Below, piece by piece: positions 1 through 8,085 of a stretch of DNA of 40,889 nucleotides. Numbering within the stretch: the stretch's first letter is position 1; every line of letters starts with the position of its first letter. Below the pieces are notes generated by a model that saw only the letters and a program-made list of their open reading frames with translations, had not been told where the DNA came from and made no database searches. The stretch is from Candidatus Collierbacteria bacterium GW2011_GWB1_44_6 (GTDB taxonomy: Bacteria > Patescibacteriota > Microgenomatia > UBA1400 > MFAQ01). A program made the translations under genes and the position numbers. Location of the stretch: NCBI GenBank assembly GCA_000998025.1, contig LCJG01000015.1, forward strand, positions 1 through 40,889. Direction: 5' to 3'.

Positions 1-220
1 TTATTTCTCTGTCTCCGGTAAAGATGTGGTGATAAAAAGATTCCAGATTCCACTTCCAGTGGACCTGTCCTGAGCCCGTCGAAGGATTAAACCCGCTTGC
101 TAAACCTCCACACTTATCAGAAGCTTCAAAAATGACTACCTCAAAATCCTCATCCACCAAAGATACTCCGCAGGAAAGTCCAGTAAACCCTCCTCCTATT
201 ACAGCTATCCGCTTCCTCAC
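1..220 (-). CDS. FAD/NAD(P)-dependent oxidoreductase (amine oxidase/protoporphyrinogen-oxidase-like), 5' part; runs off the window
   Basis: Not in the ORF track. My translation from GTG at 220 gives MRKRIAVIGGGFTGLSCGVSLVDEDFEVVIFEASDKCGGLASGF...YHHIF, with a Rossmann GxGxxG, an acidic residue after beta-2 and a GG motif. Starts 3 nt after the stop of 224..1636. Confidence 0.85.
   Translation of the reverse strand, partial: MRKRIAVIGGGFTGLSCGVSLVDEDFEVVIFEASDKCGGLASGFNPSTGSGQVHWKWNLESFYHHIFTGDREI
66..86. repeat. Short palindromic repeat TGTCCTGAGCCCGTCGAAGGA, in frame within the oxidoreductase (encodes PSTGSGQ)
   Basis: Shares the pattern TCCYGAGC-N2/3-GTCGARGGA with the copies at 8629 and 12657. 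Confidence 0.65.
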
Positions 221-223
221 GCT

Positions 224-1636
224 TTATAGAGCTAATAGAATTCCAACTATGGCTAGAAGCAAGCCTCCTCCAAAGGCGGCCACTCCTGGGAAGTCAAGGA
301 TGCCAGTCTCCGGCAGTATTGTTGGCTCAACTGCTCCTGCGGCTACTCCTGCGGCACCCGCTGGAGCCTCTGTGGCCACTCTTACTGGGGCTACTGTTCT
401 TACCGCAGTTGGTTCTGCTGTTGGAGCCTCGGTAATTGCAACCGCTGAAGGGCAAACACAGGTATCATCTTCGCTGCATGCCTCCTTACGGCATTTACTG
501 GAAGCAGTGTCACAAACCAGGCCAGTTGAACACTCGGTGTCCGTGGTGCAAGTATTGTTACATCCCACAACAGTGCTCACTGTCACCGAGTAATCATCGC
601 TGATACTTGTGTCACCAATTACTGCAATAGCTGTATTTTTGATTATGTCTCCATTTACCGCGCCGCTATTTACCTTCACCCGGAAAGCATAGACGACTCT
701 TTCTCCCGCTGGAATGCTGATTCCGCTACATGTCACCTTCTTGTTACTTTGTGAGAATGTACATCCGCTATTTGCATCTAGGTAGGTCAAATCGTCTTGA
801 TGGTCTCCGTCAAGCGTGTCGGTTAATACTATGTTACCCACGCTTACCTCTCCGTTGTTTAGTAAATAAATCGCATAAATAAAAGTCTGGTCTTTGGACA
901 CTGTATCAATTGCTGTTTCATACTCATAGCTCCTGGAAGTGCTTAAGTCTTCATTTCTGTATGCGATTTTTGAAATATCTATATCCGTGGCACAAGCAGT
1001 TGTCGCGGGACACGCTTTTGTAGTTGCTACCCCACAAGAGTCCAAACAAGTAGATATTGTACCTGCAGGATTTCCACAAGCCGTAGGACAGTCGGGGGAA
1101 CAGGTGACCGCCTCCGAAGCAACACAAATACTAGTTGATGTCACCGTACATGCCGCTGACCCTTCGTAGCAAACAGACGTACCGTCCGTCTTCTTACATC
1201 TTCCATCCACCAGATCACAAGATAGACCAGCCGCGCAATTTGCTGTCGAAGTACAAGCAGAACATTCAACTCCTGTTCCTGCTATCGTCGGCGCTACCGT
1301 AACCGTTGCGGTCGGACAAGCAGTCATACTTGTGGTCCAGTTTCCACCCACAAATGGGCAACAATAATTTTGTCCTCCACAAGACTCTACCCTGCCGGCT
1401 CTGTTACATGAACTGACAAGCGACCCGTCTGCGGATGGAGTACAGCTATATAGCAATGTAGGATCACTTTCAGTTGGGCACTGGGCATCACAAGCCGAGG
1501 GACTACTTGCCGGGCCAGTTGGTGCCAACCCTTCCTGAGTGCTAAGTCGATAAGAAACAAACACCGCCGCTGCGGCCAGTAGGGCTATCAAGATTATCGA
1601 AACGATAGCTACAATTTTTTTTCTTGAGTTTTTCAT
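224..1636 (-). CDS. Cys-rich surface protein with DUF11-like Ig domain and C-terminal LPETG sorting signal
   Basis: N-terminal basic + hydrophobic segment; several Cys-rich modules; ISKIAY...YAIYLLNNG...LTDTL (DUF11-like); Ala/Pro/Thr linker; LPETG followed by a hydrophobic helix. Confidence 0.85.
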   Translation of the reverse strand: MKNSRKKIVAIVSIILIALLAAAAVFVSYRLSTQEGLAPTGPASSPSACDAQCPTESDPTLLYSCTPSADGSLVSSCNRAGRVESCGGQNYCCPFVGGNWTTSMTACPTATVTVAPTIAGTGVECSACTSTANCAAGLSCDLVDGRCKKTDGTSVCYEGSAACTVTSTSICVASEAVTCSPDCPTACGNPAGTISTCLDSCGVATTKACPATTACATDIDISKIAYRNEDLSTSRSYEYETAIDTVSKDQTFIYAIYLLNNGEVSVGNIVLTDTLDGDHQDDLTYLDANSGCTFSQSNKKVTCSGISIPAGERVVYAFRVKVNSGAVNGDIIKNTAIAVIGDTSISDDYSVTVSTVVGCNNTCTTDTECSTGLVCDTASSKCRKEACSEDDTCVCPSAVAITEAPTAEPTAVRTVAPVRVATEAPAGAAGVAAGAVEPTILPETGILDFPGVAAFGGGLLLAIVGILLAL

Positions 1637-1637
1637 T

Positions 1638-3254
1638 TTATGGCTTTGTGCTAACTAGTCCTTCAAATTTGTGAGCCCCAGTCTTGGTAATTGTAAAATC
1701 GAAATAAGAATTCTTGTTAGTGCTCGCATCCAAATAGCCCACACTATTGTTTTCTACTGGAGTATCGGTGCCAACGGTAATTCTGAATTTGGCTTTTAAA
1801 TTTGCCTTGCTCGCCACAATTACCAGCCTGATTTTGTCACCAATTTTTACGGCGTTTCTTTGGGCTACGGTCATTGCGGTCGTGTTGTATGTTCCATCTG
1901 CTTTCTGAGAGTAGAGTTTTATTTCCATACAAGCCCCTGCTACTCCCGGTGTCGGTGCCACTGTCACGGTAGCCGTTACCACTGGTGTAACATTTCCACC
2001 ACCCCCGCCTCCTCCACCACCACCCCCTCCATCAGTCGTTGTTGCAGGATAGCATCCGTTACCAGATCCACACACATAACCGGCCACGCAACACGTCATT
2101 CCAGTTCCACCTTGATTTTTACACCAAGACCGGCCTTGAGAGGTGCATACATTCGCAATGTAAGTATCAGAAACACACTCGTGGCCGGTACACGCATCCC
2201 CTCCGGTACAATGACAATTGTTGGGACTACATAGTATTCCTCCGCAATTTATTGTTGTTTCTCCGGGGTTCGCACATCTGCCGCCAATACATTGCTTACC
2301 ACTAGCGCAATCAGCATCAATTGTGCAGTACCCGGCGGGAACCGTGGGCTGGCATTTTAAGCCAGCACAAGTTTGTCCTGATGGACAATCTGCTGATGTT
2401 TGGCATGTCTTTTGAGGGGTTGTGGTAATTATAGTCCCTTGGCAAACATTCCCAACACAAGACTGTCCTGAAGGACAATCAGGAGTTGTCTGACATGTTC
2501 TTGATGCTCCGCACGACGAAGCCGTACAGTTTAGCGTATTTGAGCAGCCAACATAATCAGTTACAACACAACTTCCTGCAACACAGGACATGCAACCACC
2601 ACTGTAAGGTGTCACGGTCGGCTTAACATCTGTCTTTGTTGGCGTTGCTGACGGCTTAACATCAATCTTTGTCGGTATTGCCACGGGCGTCTCCTCAGGC
2701 TCTTTATCAGGTTTCTTTGTTGGCTTAACTGTTACCGGCGGCTTTGTCGTTGACCCGCCTAGACTCCCCGCCGCTTGTGGTTCACTTTCCGGCGCAGTCG
2801 GAGCAACGGCTTGACGCTGGGATACTCTAGTCGAAACAAAATAAGCCCCGGTCGCCGCCCCGACGACCAAAAGAACTGCTAACACTCCACCCAAAATCTT
2901 CGGCATCTGGCTCTTAGGTTTTGTTTCCGGCCACTTCGGTTCCTCGGAGATAGGAGGAGTCACGGTAGTGGTGGTAATTCCAGTCGGCGCCACTGTTGTC
3001 GTCGTTTCCGCAGACTCGGTGGCTGTCGTTGTCGTCGTTACTGGTACAGGGGGAACGGTCGCATCTGAAGTTGGCCCGGGAATCGGAGTTGTCGCTACCG
3101 GAGCAGACACCGTTGTCGTCGTAATCTGTGTGGGTTCGGCATAGGGAGCTATGGGTAGAGGTTCCGCGGACGCAGATGGCGGAGGAGTCATGCTCGGCTC
3201 AGGAGAGCTGTAGTTATCTTGCGCAGGAACAATAGGATTATTTTTGTCGTCCAT
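1638..3254 (-). CDS. Membrane-anchored Pro/Thr-rich, Cys-repeat surface protein
   Basis: About 115-aa Pro/Thr-rich N-terminus, one TM helix, DVKP(S/T)xTP repeats, three CxxxxDCxSGxxCxGxxC modules, ~12-Gly linker, beta-rich C-terminal domain. Confidence 0.8.
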   Translation of the reverse strand: MDDKNNPIVPAQDNYSSPEPSMTPPPSASAEPLPIAPYAEPTQITTTTVSAPVATTPIPGPTSDATVPPVPVTTTTTATESAETTTTVAPTGITTTTVTPPISEEPKWPETKPKSQMPKILGGVLAVLLVVGAATGAYFVSTRVSQRQAVAPTAPESEPQAAGSLGGSTTKPPVTVKPTKKPDKEPEETPVAIPTKIDVKPSATPTKTDVKPTVTPYSGGCMSCVAGSCVVTDYVGCSNTLNCTASSCGASRTCQTTPDCPSGQSCVGNVCQGTIITTTPQKTCQTSADCPSGQTCAGLKCQPTVPAGYCTIDADCASGKQCIGGRCANPGETTINCGGILCSPNNCHCTGGDACTGHECVSDTYIANVCTSQGRSWCKNQGGTGMTCCVAGYVCGSGNGCYPATTTDGGGGGGGGGGGGNVTPVVTATVTVAPTPGVAGACMEIKLYSQKADGTYNTTAMTVAQRNAVKIGDKIRLVIVASKANLKAKFRITVGTDTPVENNSVGYLDASTNKNSYFDFTITKTGAHKFEGLVSTKP

Positions 3255-3298
3255 CTATTTCACTATATCTATTTTTTTAATCACCGTCAACACGGTAT

Positions 3299-4648
3299 TT
3301 ATTTAAATCTATTTTTTGTAACTCTACCAAATACCAACAGGATAATTCCGAGTAATACCAAACCCATTGAAGTTGTGAGTCCTCCGGCATCTGTTAGTTC
3401 CTCTTCTGCGGGTGGCATGGTGGTAATAACGGTCGGAGTCGGCGTCAGTGTAGGTGTTTGTGTAGGAGTCTCTGTCACCGATGGTGTCGCAGATGGAGTG
3501 GCTGTAAACGCCGGGAGTGAACTGGATAAAACGGTAAACGTTCTAATAATTGATCTGAGTTGATTATTTGCATCTGTGTACTCTACGGTAAGTATGTGCT
3601 CTCCTTGCAGTAGTTTCTGTGGAGGGGTCCATGTCCAATTACCGTCAGAATCAGCTGTAACTACCTGAGTATTTAATGGATTATCAATTGTTAGTTTAAT
3701 GGTACTCTCTGCGGTATATTTTCCCATAAACTGCGGCAAGTCCGTCGCAATAATTTCTCCATTAATTGCAGGATTCAAAATCTTTGCCTCACCTGTTGCC
3801 TCTAGTTGTTCTGACAGTGAAAGCTGGGATTCCACAAGTTGGAAACCTGCTCGGGCAGTGGCAGATTCTGTAGCAACCAAGCTAGTTGCCAGCGAACCTG
3901 TCTCAATAAAACTCTGGTTTTTTCCCATCACAATATCCGGTACTGGTGTATCCTTGCTCGTGTCTGTCAATGCCGTAGCTGTACCGCTTGTTCCAGCCTG
4001 GACAAAGATTGATAATAAAGTTGATTGCGGATCATAAGTCAAGACCCGTCCATCTTTATCTCTAGAATTTGCCATATTAAGTCTCCAGGTACCATCTGTC
4101 CTGGTGATGGTTGATAGTGTTTCTCCGCCCTCGGCCTCCACGAAAGTAATTGCCCCGTTTACCGGTTCCCCGGCAGCCCCTATTATCTTTCCAAAAATCA
4201 CGTCTTCCGGGGGAACTACTGCTTGGGCTGCCGTTCGTACTTGAAAGGGTTTACCGTTTTCGTCATAGGTTCCTGACCCGGAAACAATTAAGAAATAATA
4301 AGTTTTATTTGCCCCCAAACCAGTCACGTTGACCAGATGATTTGTGTATCCCTGAGACGTCCCCGACACTTGATCTCTTGCGTCACCTGCCGGAGTGGTG
4401 ATTTTTGTTGGATCCTCTGAATATTTAATTAGGCCTGTCAGGGGAATGTCGGTTGTCCAGCTTACACTTAAGGTCGATGCACCTCTATTAGAAATTTTTA
4501 CATTCTTAGGGCTTTCAGTGGGGCCAGCTTGCGATTCTAGACCCTGGCGGCTATTTACGAGTATTACACCCGCTACCAAACCACCCAAAAGAATTAATAT
4601 CCCCAAGAAAGTCGGTATTCTCTTATTCATTAATCCTTTTGTTGCCAT
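3299..4648 (-). CDS. Surface protein with FN3-like and Ig-like domains, PT linker and C-terminal anchor (LTDAG + TM + basic tail)
   Basis: N-terminal TM; PKNVKISN...SVSWTT...HLVNVTGL...YYF (FN3-like); ADSDGNWTWTP...GEHILTV (Big-like); C-terminal LTDAG-hydrophobic-RVTKNRFK. Confidence 0.8.
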   Translation of the reverse strand: MATKGLMNKRIPTFLGILILLGGLVAGVILVNSRQGLESQAGPTESPKNVKISNRGASTLSVSWTTDIPLTGLIKYSEDPTKITTPAGDARDQVSGTSQGYTNHLVNVTGLGANKTYYFLIVSGSGTYDENGKPFQVRTAAQAVVPPEDVIFGKIIGAAGEPVNGAITFVEAEGGETLSTITRTDGTWRLNMANSRDKDGRVLTYDPQSTLLSIFVQAGTSGTATALTDTSKDTPVPDIVMGKNQSFIETGSLATSLVATESATARAGFQLVESQLSLSEQLEATGEAKILNPAINGEIIATDLPQFMGKYTAESTIKLTIDNPLNTQVVTADSDGNWTWTPPQKLLQGEHILTVEYTDANNQLRSIIRTFTVLSSSLPAFTATPSATPSVTETPTQTPTLTPTPTVITTMPPAEEELTDAGGLTTSMGLVLLGIILLVFGRVTKNRFK

Positions 4649-4653
4649 TTACT

Positions 4654-4980
4654 TTATTGTATAGGTATTGTTTCAATTGTCGGAGAGGCTGTTGCCGTCG
4701 CCACCGTAGCTGTCTGCACAGGTCCCAATGATTGGGTCGGCACCGGCACAGACACTGATATGAAATCTGATTCGGTTATGACAGATCTTTGCTGGAGGTT
4801 CTGCATCACCTCTTGACTGATAACACCATCTATTGGCTTTACTACTTCTGTTTGTGCTACCGTTAGCTGGCTTTTTACAGACGCGGAAAAAACCTGAAAT
4901 GCCAAAATACCCCCGACGATGGATAGTCCCATCACTCCTACCAATAATACATAAATTGAAAGTGTCTTTCTAGGTTTCAT
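4654..4980 (-). CDS. Small single-TM protein downstream of pilO
   Basis: Likely start is ATG 4980 (MKPRK...), overlapping the pilO end; one TM and a Thr/Pro tail. Confidence 0.65.
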   Translation of the reverse strand: MKPRKTLSIYVLLVGVMGLSIVGGILAFQVFSASVKSQLTVAQTEVVKPIDGVISQEVMQNLQQRSVITESDFISVSVPVPTQSLGPVQTATVATATASPTIETIPIQ

Positions 4981-5632
4981 TTTCGTCAAAGAAGTAAAAT
5001 GATATTTGTCCAGTAGCTCTCAAGCTGACGTTAGCCCCCCCAGGTCCCGTCTCAGTTGATAAAACAATCGTATTTAGGATGGTCACGCGATCCATGTTTT
5101 CAATCTCAGATAAAAACCCCCTAACATTTCTGGGTTCACCGGTAACGGTAAAGGTCAGATCGGTCTTTATTATTTTGGTTGCATCCGCCTTAATTAATTT
5201 GGTTGACCAGTCCCCGACGGCCTGCCCCGTTCCGAATAGCCGTACTCCCGGCATCTGGATAGTTTGTACGGTCAAATTTCTCCTCCTGGCCAACAGCTCT
5301 ATTCTTCCCGCCATACTTTGATAAGAAAATCCATCAGGTACAGCATCATCAAACAGCCGGAGTCTATCTTGATAAGTATTCAGCTGGTTTTGTGCATTGA
5401 AGACTTGAGCAATTTTATTGTCGGCTTTTTTATTTACGGATTCTAGATCCTCGATCCTTTTCTGCAAAGAGGCCACGTTTGTCAAGGTCGGTCTGATGGC
5501 AGCCAAGATAAGGATAGTCACCATAAAAACTGAGAGAATTATTTCTAGCGACGCCTTTACCTCTGGTCTTTGATAGATCAGATTTATCCTCTGGTAATAA
5601 AGAGAGTATTTTTCGTTATTAATTAGAGCCAT
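4970..5632 (-). CDS. pilO: Type IV pilus assembly protein PilO-like
   Basis: TM, coiled coil, then a ferredoxin-like domain with LTFTVTG...FLSEIENMDRV; directly follows the pilN-like gene. Confidence 0.7.
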   Translation of the reverse strand: MALINNEKYSLYYQRINLIYQRPEVKASLEIILSVFMVTILILAAIRPTLTNVASLQKRIEDLESVNKKADNKIAQVFNAQNQLNTYQDRLRLFDDAVPDGFSYQSMAGRIELLARRRNLTVQTIQMPGVRLFGTGQAVGDWSTKLIKADATKIIKTDLTFTVTGEPRNVRGFLSEIENMDRVTILNTIVLSTETGPGGANVSLRATGQISFYFFDENET

Positions 5633-6176
5633 TTTTAAAAGTTGCCTGAATATTAAATTTTACGGAGCCAGAAGTCTGTTCAAAAGTAGTATCCTTCATT
5701 GATAAATTCGCCACCCCTTCCATTCTTTTCAAACTTCGAAGTAATTGTGCAAATCCCAACTCTGACTCGGATTCTCCGACCATACCCATTCCCGTATCGT
5801 TGATAGTTAGTTTCTCCAGGTGTACTCCGCGGGGAATTGTCTTAGATAAATTGTCATATTTTTGACCGAAAGTAAGGTTTTCGGATAGATAGGTATTTAC
5901 AGGTGACTGCTTGGCCAGAATCTTTCTCATTTGTTTTTCCGTTTCTGCAAAAGTTTCGATTTGAACCTGTTTTTGTTCCACTTCCTCGGTCAAGTCATTA
6001 ACTCTTTTATCAAAATAAAATCTGGATCCAAATGCGAGCAGTACTACGAACTCAGTCAAAACCACCAGTACCCTTCCGGTGGTTGTTGCCCACGATAAGA
6101 ATCTTCCCAAAGGGGAAAACTCAAAACTATCTTTCGGTATTAAATTGATCTGAAAAACACCTTGCTGGGCAGCCAC
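5619..6176 (-). CDS. pilN: Type IV pilus assembly protein PilN-like
   Basis: N-terminal INLIP (PilM-binding INLLP-type motif), TM, coiled coil, LSKTIPRGVHLEKLTI, terminal VKFNIQA. Confidence 0.75.
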   Translation of the reverse strand: MAAQQGVFQINLIPKDSFEFSPLGRFLSWATTTGRVLVVLTEFVVLLAFGSRFYFDKRVNDLTEEVEQKQVQIETFAETEKQMRKILAKQSPVNTYLSENLTFGQKYDNLSKTIPRGVHLEKLTINDTGMGMVGESESELGFAQLLRSLKRMEGVANLSMKDTTFEQTSGSVKFNIQATFKNGSN

Positions 6177-6219
6177 ACTTCCAGTTTATCAAATGGAAAC
6201 CTCAAACACAAAGAACTTT

Positions 6220-6368
6220 TTATTTGACCTTCTTACTCAACCTGGCAGGGTAAGAAGACTCTTAAAATTATCAATAGCTGATTTGGCCTTCGTCTTGGTA
6301 GCTTTGTTGAAAGTGGCCTTTCTTTTGTCGGCCCTAAGTTTTTTGATTGCGGATTTGGTTATAGGCAT
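6220..6368 (-). pseudogene. rpsT: Ribosomal protein S20, internally deleted and frameshifted (real lesion or assembly error)
   Basis: ATG 6368 gives MPITKSAIKKLRADKRKATFNKATKTKAKSAIDNFKSLLTLPG* (TGA 6237-6239). An S20-like C-terminus ARLSKKVK* lies in another frame at 6246-6220. The central DKA..K..IHKN region is absent. Position divergent from murJ/lepA is typical of rpsT. Confidence 0.8.
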
Positions 6369-6432
6369 ACCTTTATTTTATCATGCTCGAGCTAGTCTGG
6401 CACAAGTTCGTCACTTGAATTAAAATAACCCA

Positions 6433-8082
6433 GTGGTAAACAAGATAATTTCCAAATCTCAGGAGTTTTTCAATCGTAAAAGCAATAGCATCCTTTCTGC
6501 GGCTGCCATTATTGGTGTCTCTTACCTTGGGTCAGCTCTCCTGGGTTTAGTCAAAAATCATCTACTTGCTGCCCGTTTTTTTGGTGGCATGGAGACTGAT
6601 CTGGATGTCTACTTTGCCGCTTTTGTCATTCCTGACACGGTATTTCAACTCTTGGTGGTCGGAGCGGTATCTGCGGCTTTTATTCCTGTCTATCAGGAGT
6701 ATTTTGAAAAATCCGAAGAAGAGGCACACCGGCTAGCCAATACAGCCCTAACCACGGTAGGGTTTTATCTACTGATTATCTCCACCCTGATTGCTATTTT
6801 TGCCCGCCCGTTAGCCGGCTTGTTGGCTCATTTTCCTGCAGAAAAACTTGACTTAATGGCTGGCCTTATCAGGCTCATGTCCCTGGCTCAAATTTTGTTT
6901 GCTGTCTCTGCTTTTCTTACTGGGGTGTTGCAATCACAGCGCCGATTCCTGATACCGGCCATTGCTCCTCTTCTCTACAATATTGGTACTATCTTGGGCA
7001 TATACTTTCTCTCTTCGCGATATGGCATTTACTCCGCCGCTATCGGTGTTGTCTTTGGAGCTTTTCTTCACATGGCCATCCAGCTTCCCACCGCCAAAGG
7101 CTTAGGATATTGGCCGGGTATTCGTTGGCAACCAAAACATCCAGGTGTTCTTTCGATGATAAGCCTAATGCCACCCCGGGCTCTGTCTCTGGGTCTAGAT
7201 CAAATTGAGCGGTGGGTCGCGGTAAATCTGAGCTCACTCCTAGCTGCGGGATCTCTCTCAATCTTCAATTTTGCTCGCCAGCTCTATGTTCTGCCTATTT
7301 CCTTATTTGGTGTTTCTTTGAGCCAGGCTTCTTTCCCCTCACTTGCCAGGGAGGCTTTATCTACCGACAAGACCCAATTTAAATCAACTCTATCAAAGGC
7401 CATCCTCCAAATCTTCTTCTTCGCTCTACCCGCCAGCGTCCTTGTCCTCGTCTTGCGCATTCCTTTGGTGCGTTTGGCTTTTGGTGCAAAGAACTTTCCT
7501 TGGGAAGCAACTTTGCTTACAGGCAAGGCCTTGGCCTTTCTTAGTTTATCTATTGCTCCTCAAGCCGTCACCAACTCACTTACCCGGGCACTTCACGCGT
7601 TAAAAGACACAAAAACTCCACTGGTTATTGGCTTTATCACCATGGTCTTCTTCATTGGCTCAGCCTATCTCCTTGGCTTGAGTACCGAAAAGAACGTCGC
7701 CGGCATCACCCTAGCCCTATCACTTGGCAATCTTCTCGATTTTGGTCTCTCTTACTGGGCTGTCCGCATCAAAGTAGGCCCCCTCGGCATTTCCACCCGC
7801 ATCTTCAAAATGGTCATCGTAAGTCTTTTTACCGCCGTTTCTCTCTGGCTACCCATGAGACTTCTCGATCAATTAGTTTTTGATACCACGAGGACTCTTC
7901 CTTTAATCATCTTAACTTTAGTAGTTAGTAGTGTTGGCTTCTGTGTTTATCTCTTTTTCTGTTGGTTGTTTGAGATAGAAGAGCTTAAGGATGTGATATA
8001 CATTGTGAAAAAGGTTGGTAATTGGCGTAAAATACTCGCCAGTAGCGATGAGGTTCTCGAAACCACTCCCAACAATATCTAA
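6433..8082 (+). CDS. murJ: Lipid II flippase MurJ (MviN)
   Basis: Polytopic membrane protein with DVYFAAFVIPD, SAAFIPV and QLYVLPISLFGVSL motifs. Confidence 0.9.
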   Translation: MVNKIISKSQEFFNRKSNSILSAAAIIGVSYLGSALLGLVKNHLLAARFFGGMETDLDVYFAAFVIPDTVFQLLVVGAVSAAFIPVYQEYFEKSEEEAHRLANTALTTVGFYLLIISTLIAIFARPLAGLLAHFPAEKLDLMAGLIRLMSLAQILFAVSAFLTGVLQSQRRFLIPAIAPLLYNIGTILGIYFLSSRYGIYSAAIGVVFGAFLHMAIQLPTAKGLGYWPGIRWQPKHPGVLSMISLMPPRALSLGLDQIERWVAVNLSSLLAAGSLSIFNFARQLYVLPISLFGVSLSQASFPSLAREALSTDKTQFKSTLSKAILQIFFFALPASVLVLVLRIPLVRLAFGAKNFPWEATLLTGKALAFLSLSIAPQAVTNSLTRALHALKDTKTPLVIGFITMVFFIGSAYLLGLSTEKNVAGITLALSLGNLLDFGLSYWAVRIKVGPLGISTRIFKMVIVSLFTAVSLWLPMRLLDQLVFDTTRTLPLIILTLVVSSVGFCVYLFFCWLFEIEELKDVIYIVKKVGNWRKILASSDEVLETTPNNI

Positions 8083-8085
8083 ATT

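Noticed and set aside
132-593. 153-aa plus-strand ORF and other antisense ORFs over 224-4648
   Set aside because: Low-complexity shadows of well-supported minus-strand genes.
6190-6239. TGA read-through (genetic code 25 or 4) as an explanation for the short rpsT
   Set aside because: Read-through gives VRRSNKKFFVFEVSI, which is not S20-like. alaS, the sortase and the 714-aa gene end in TGA at sensible positions, so code 11 fits.
6193-6423. 76-aa plus-strand ORF in the track
   Set aside because: It is the antisense shadow of the rpsT remnant and overlaps the rpsT and murJ promoters.
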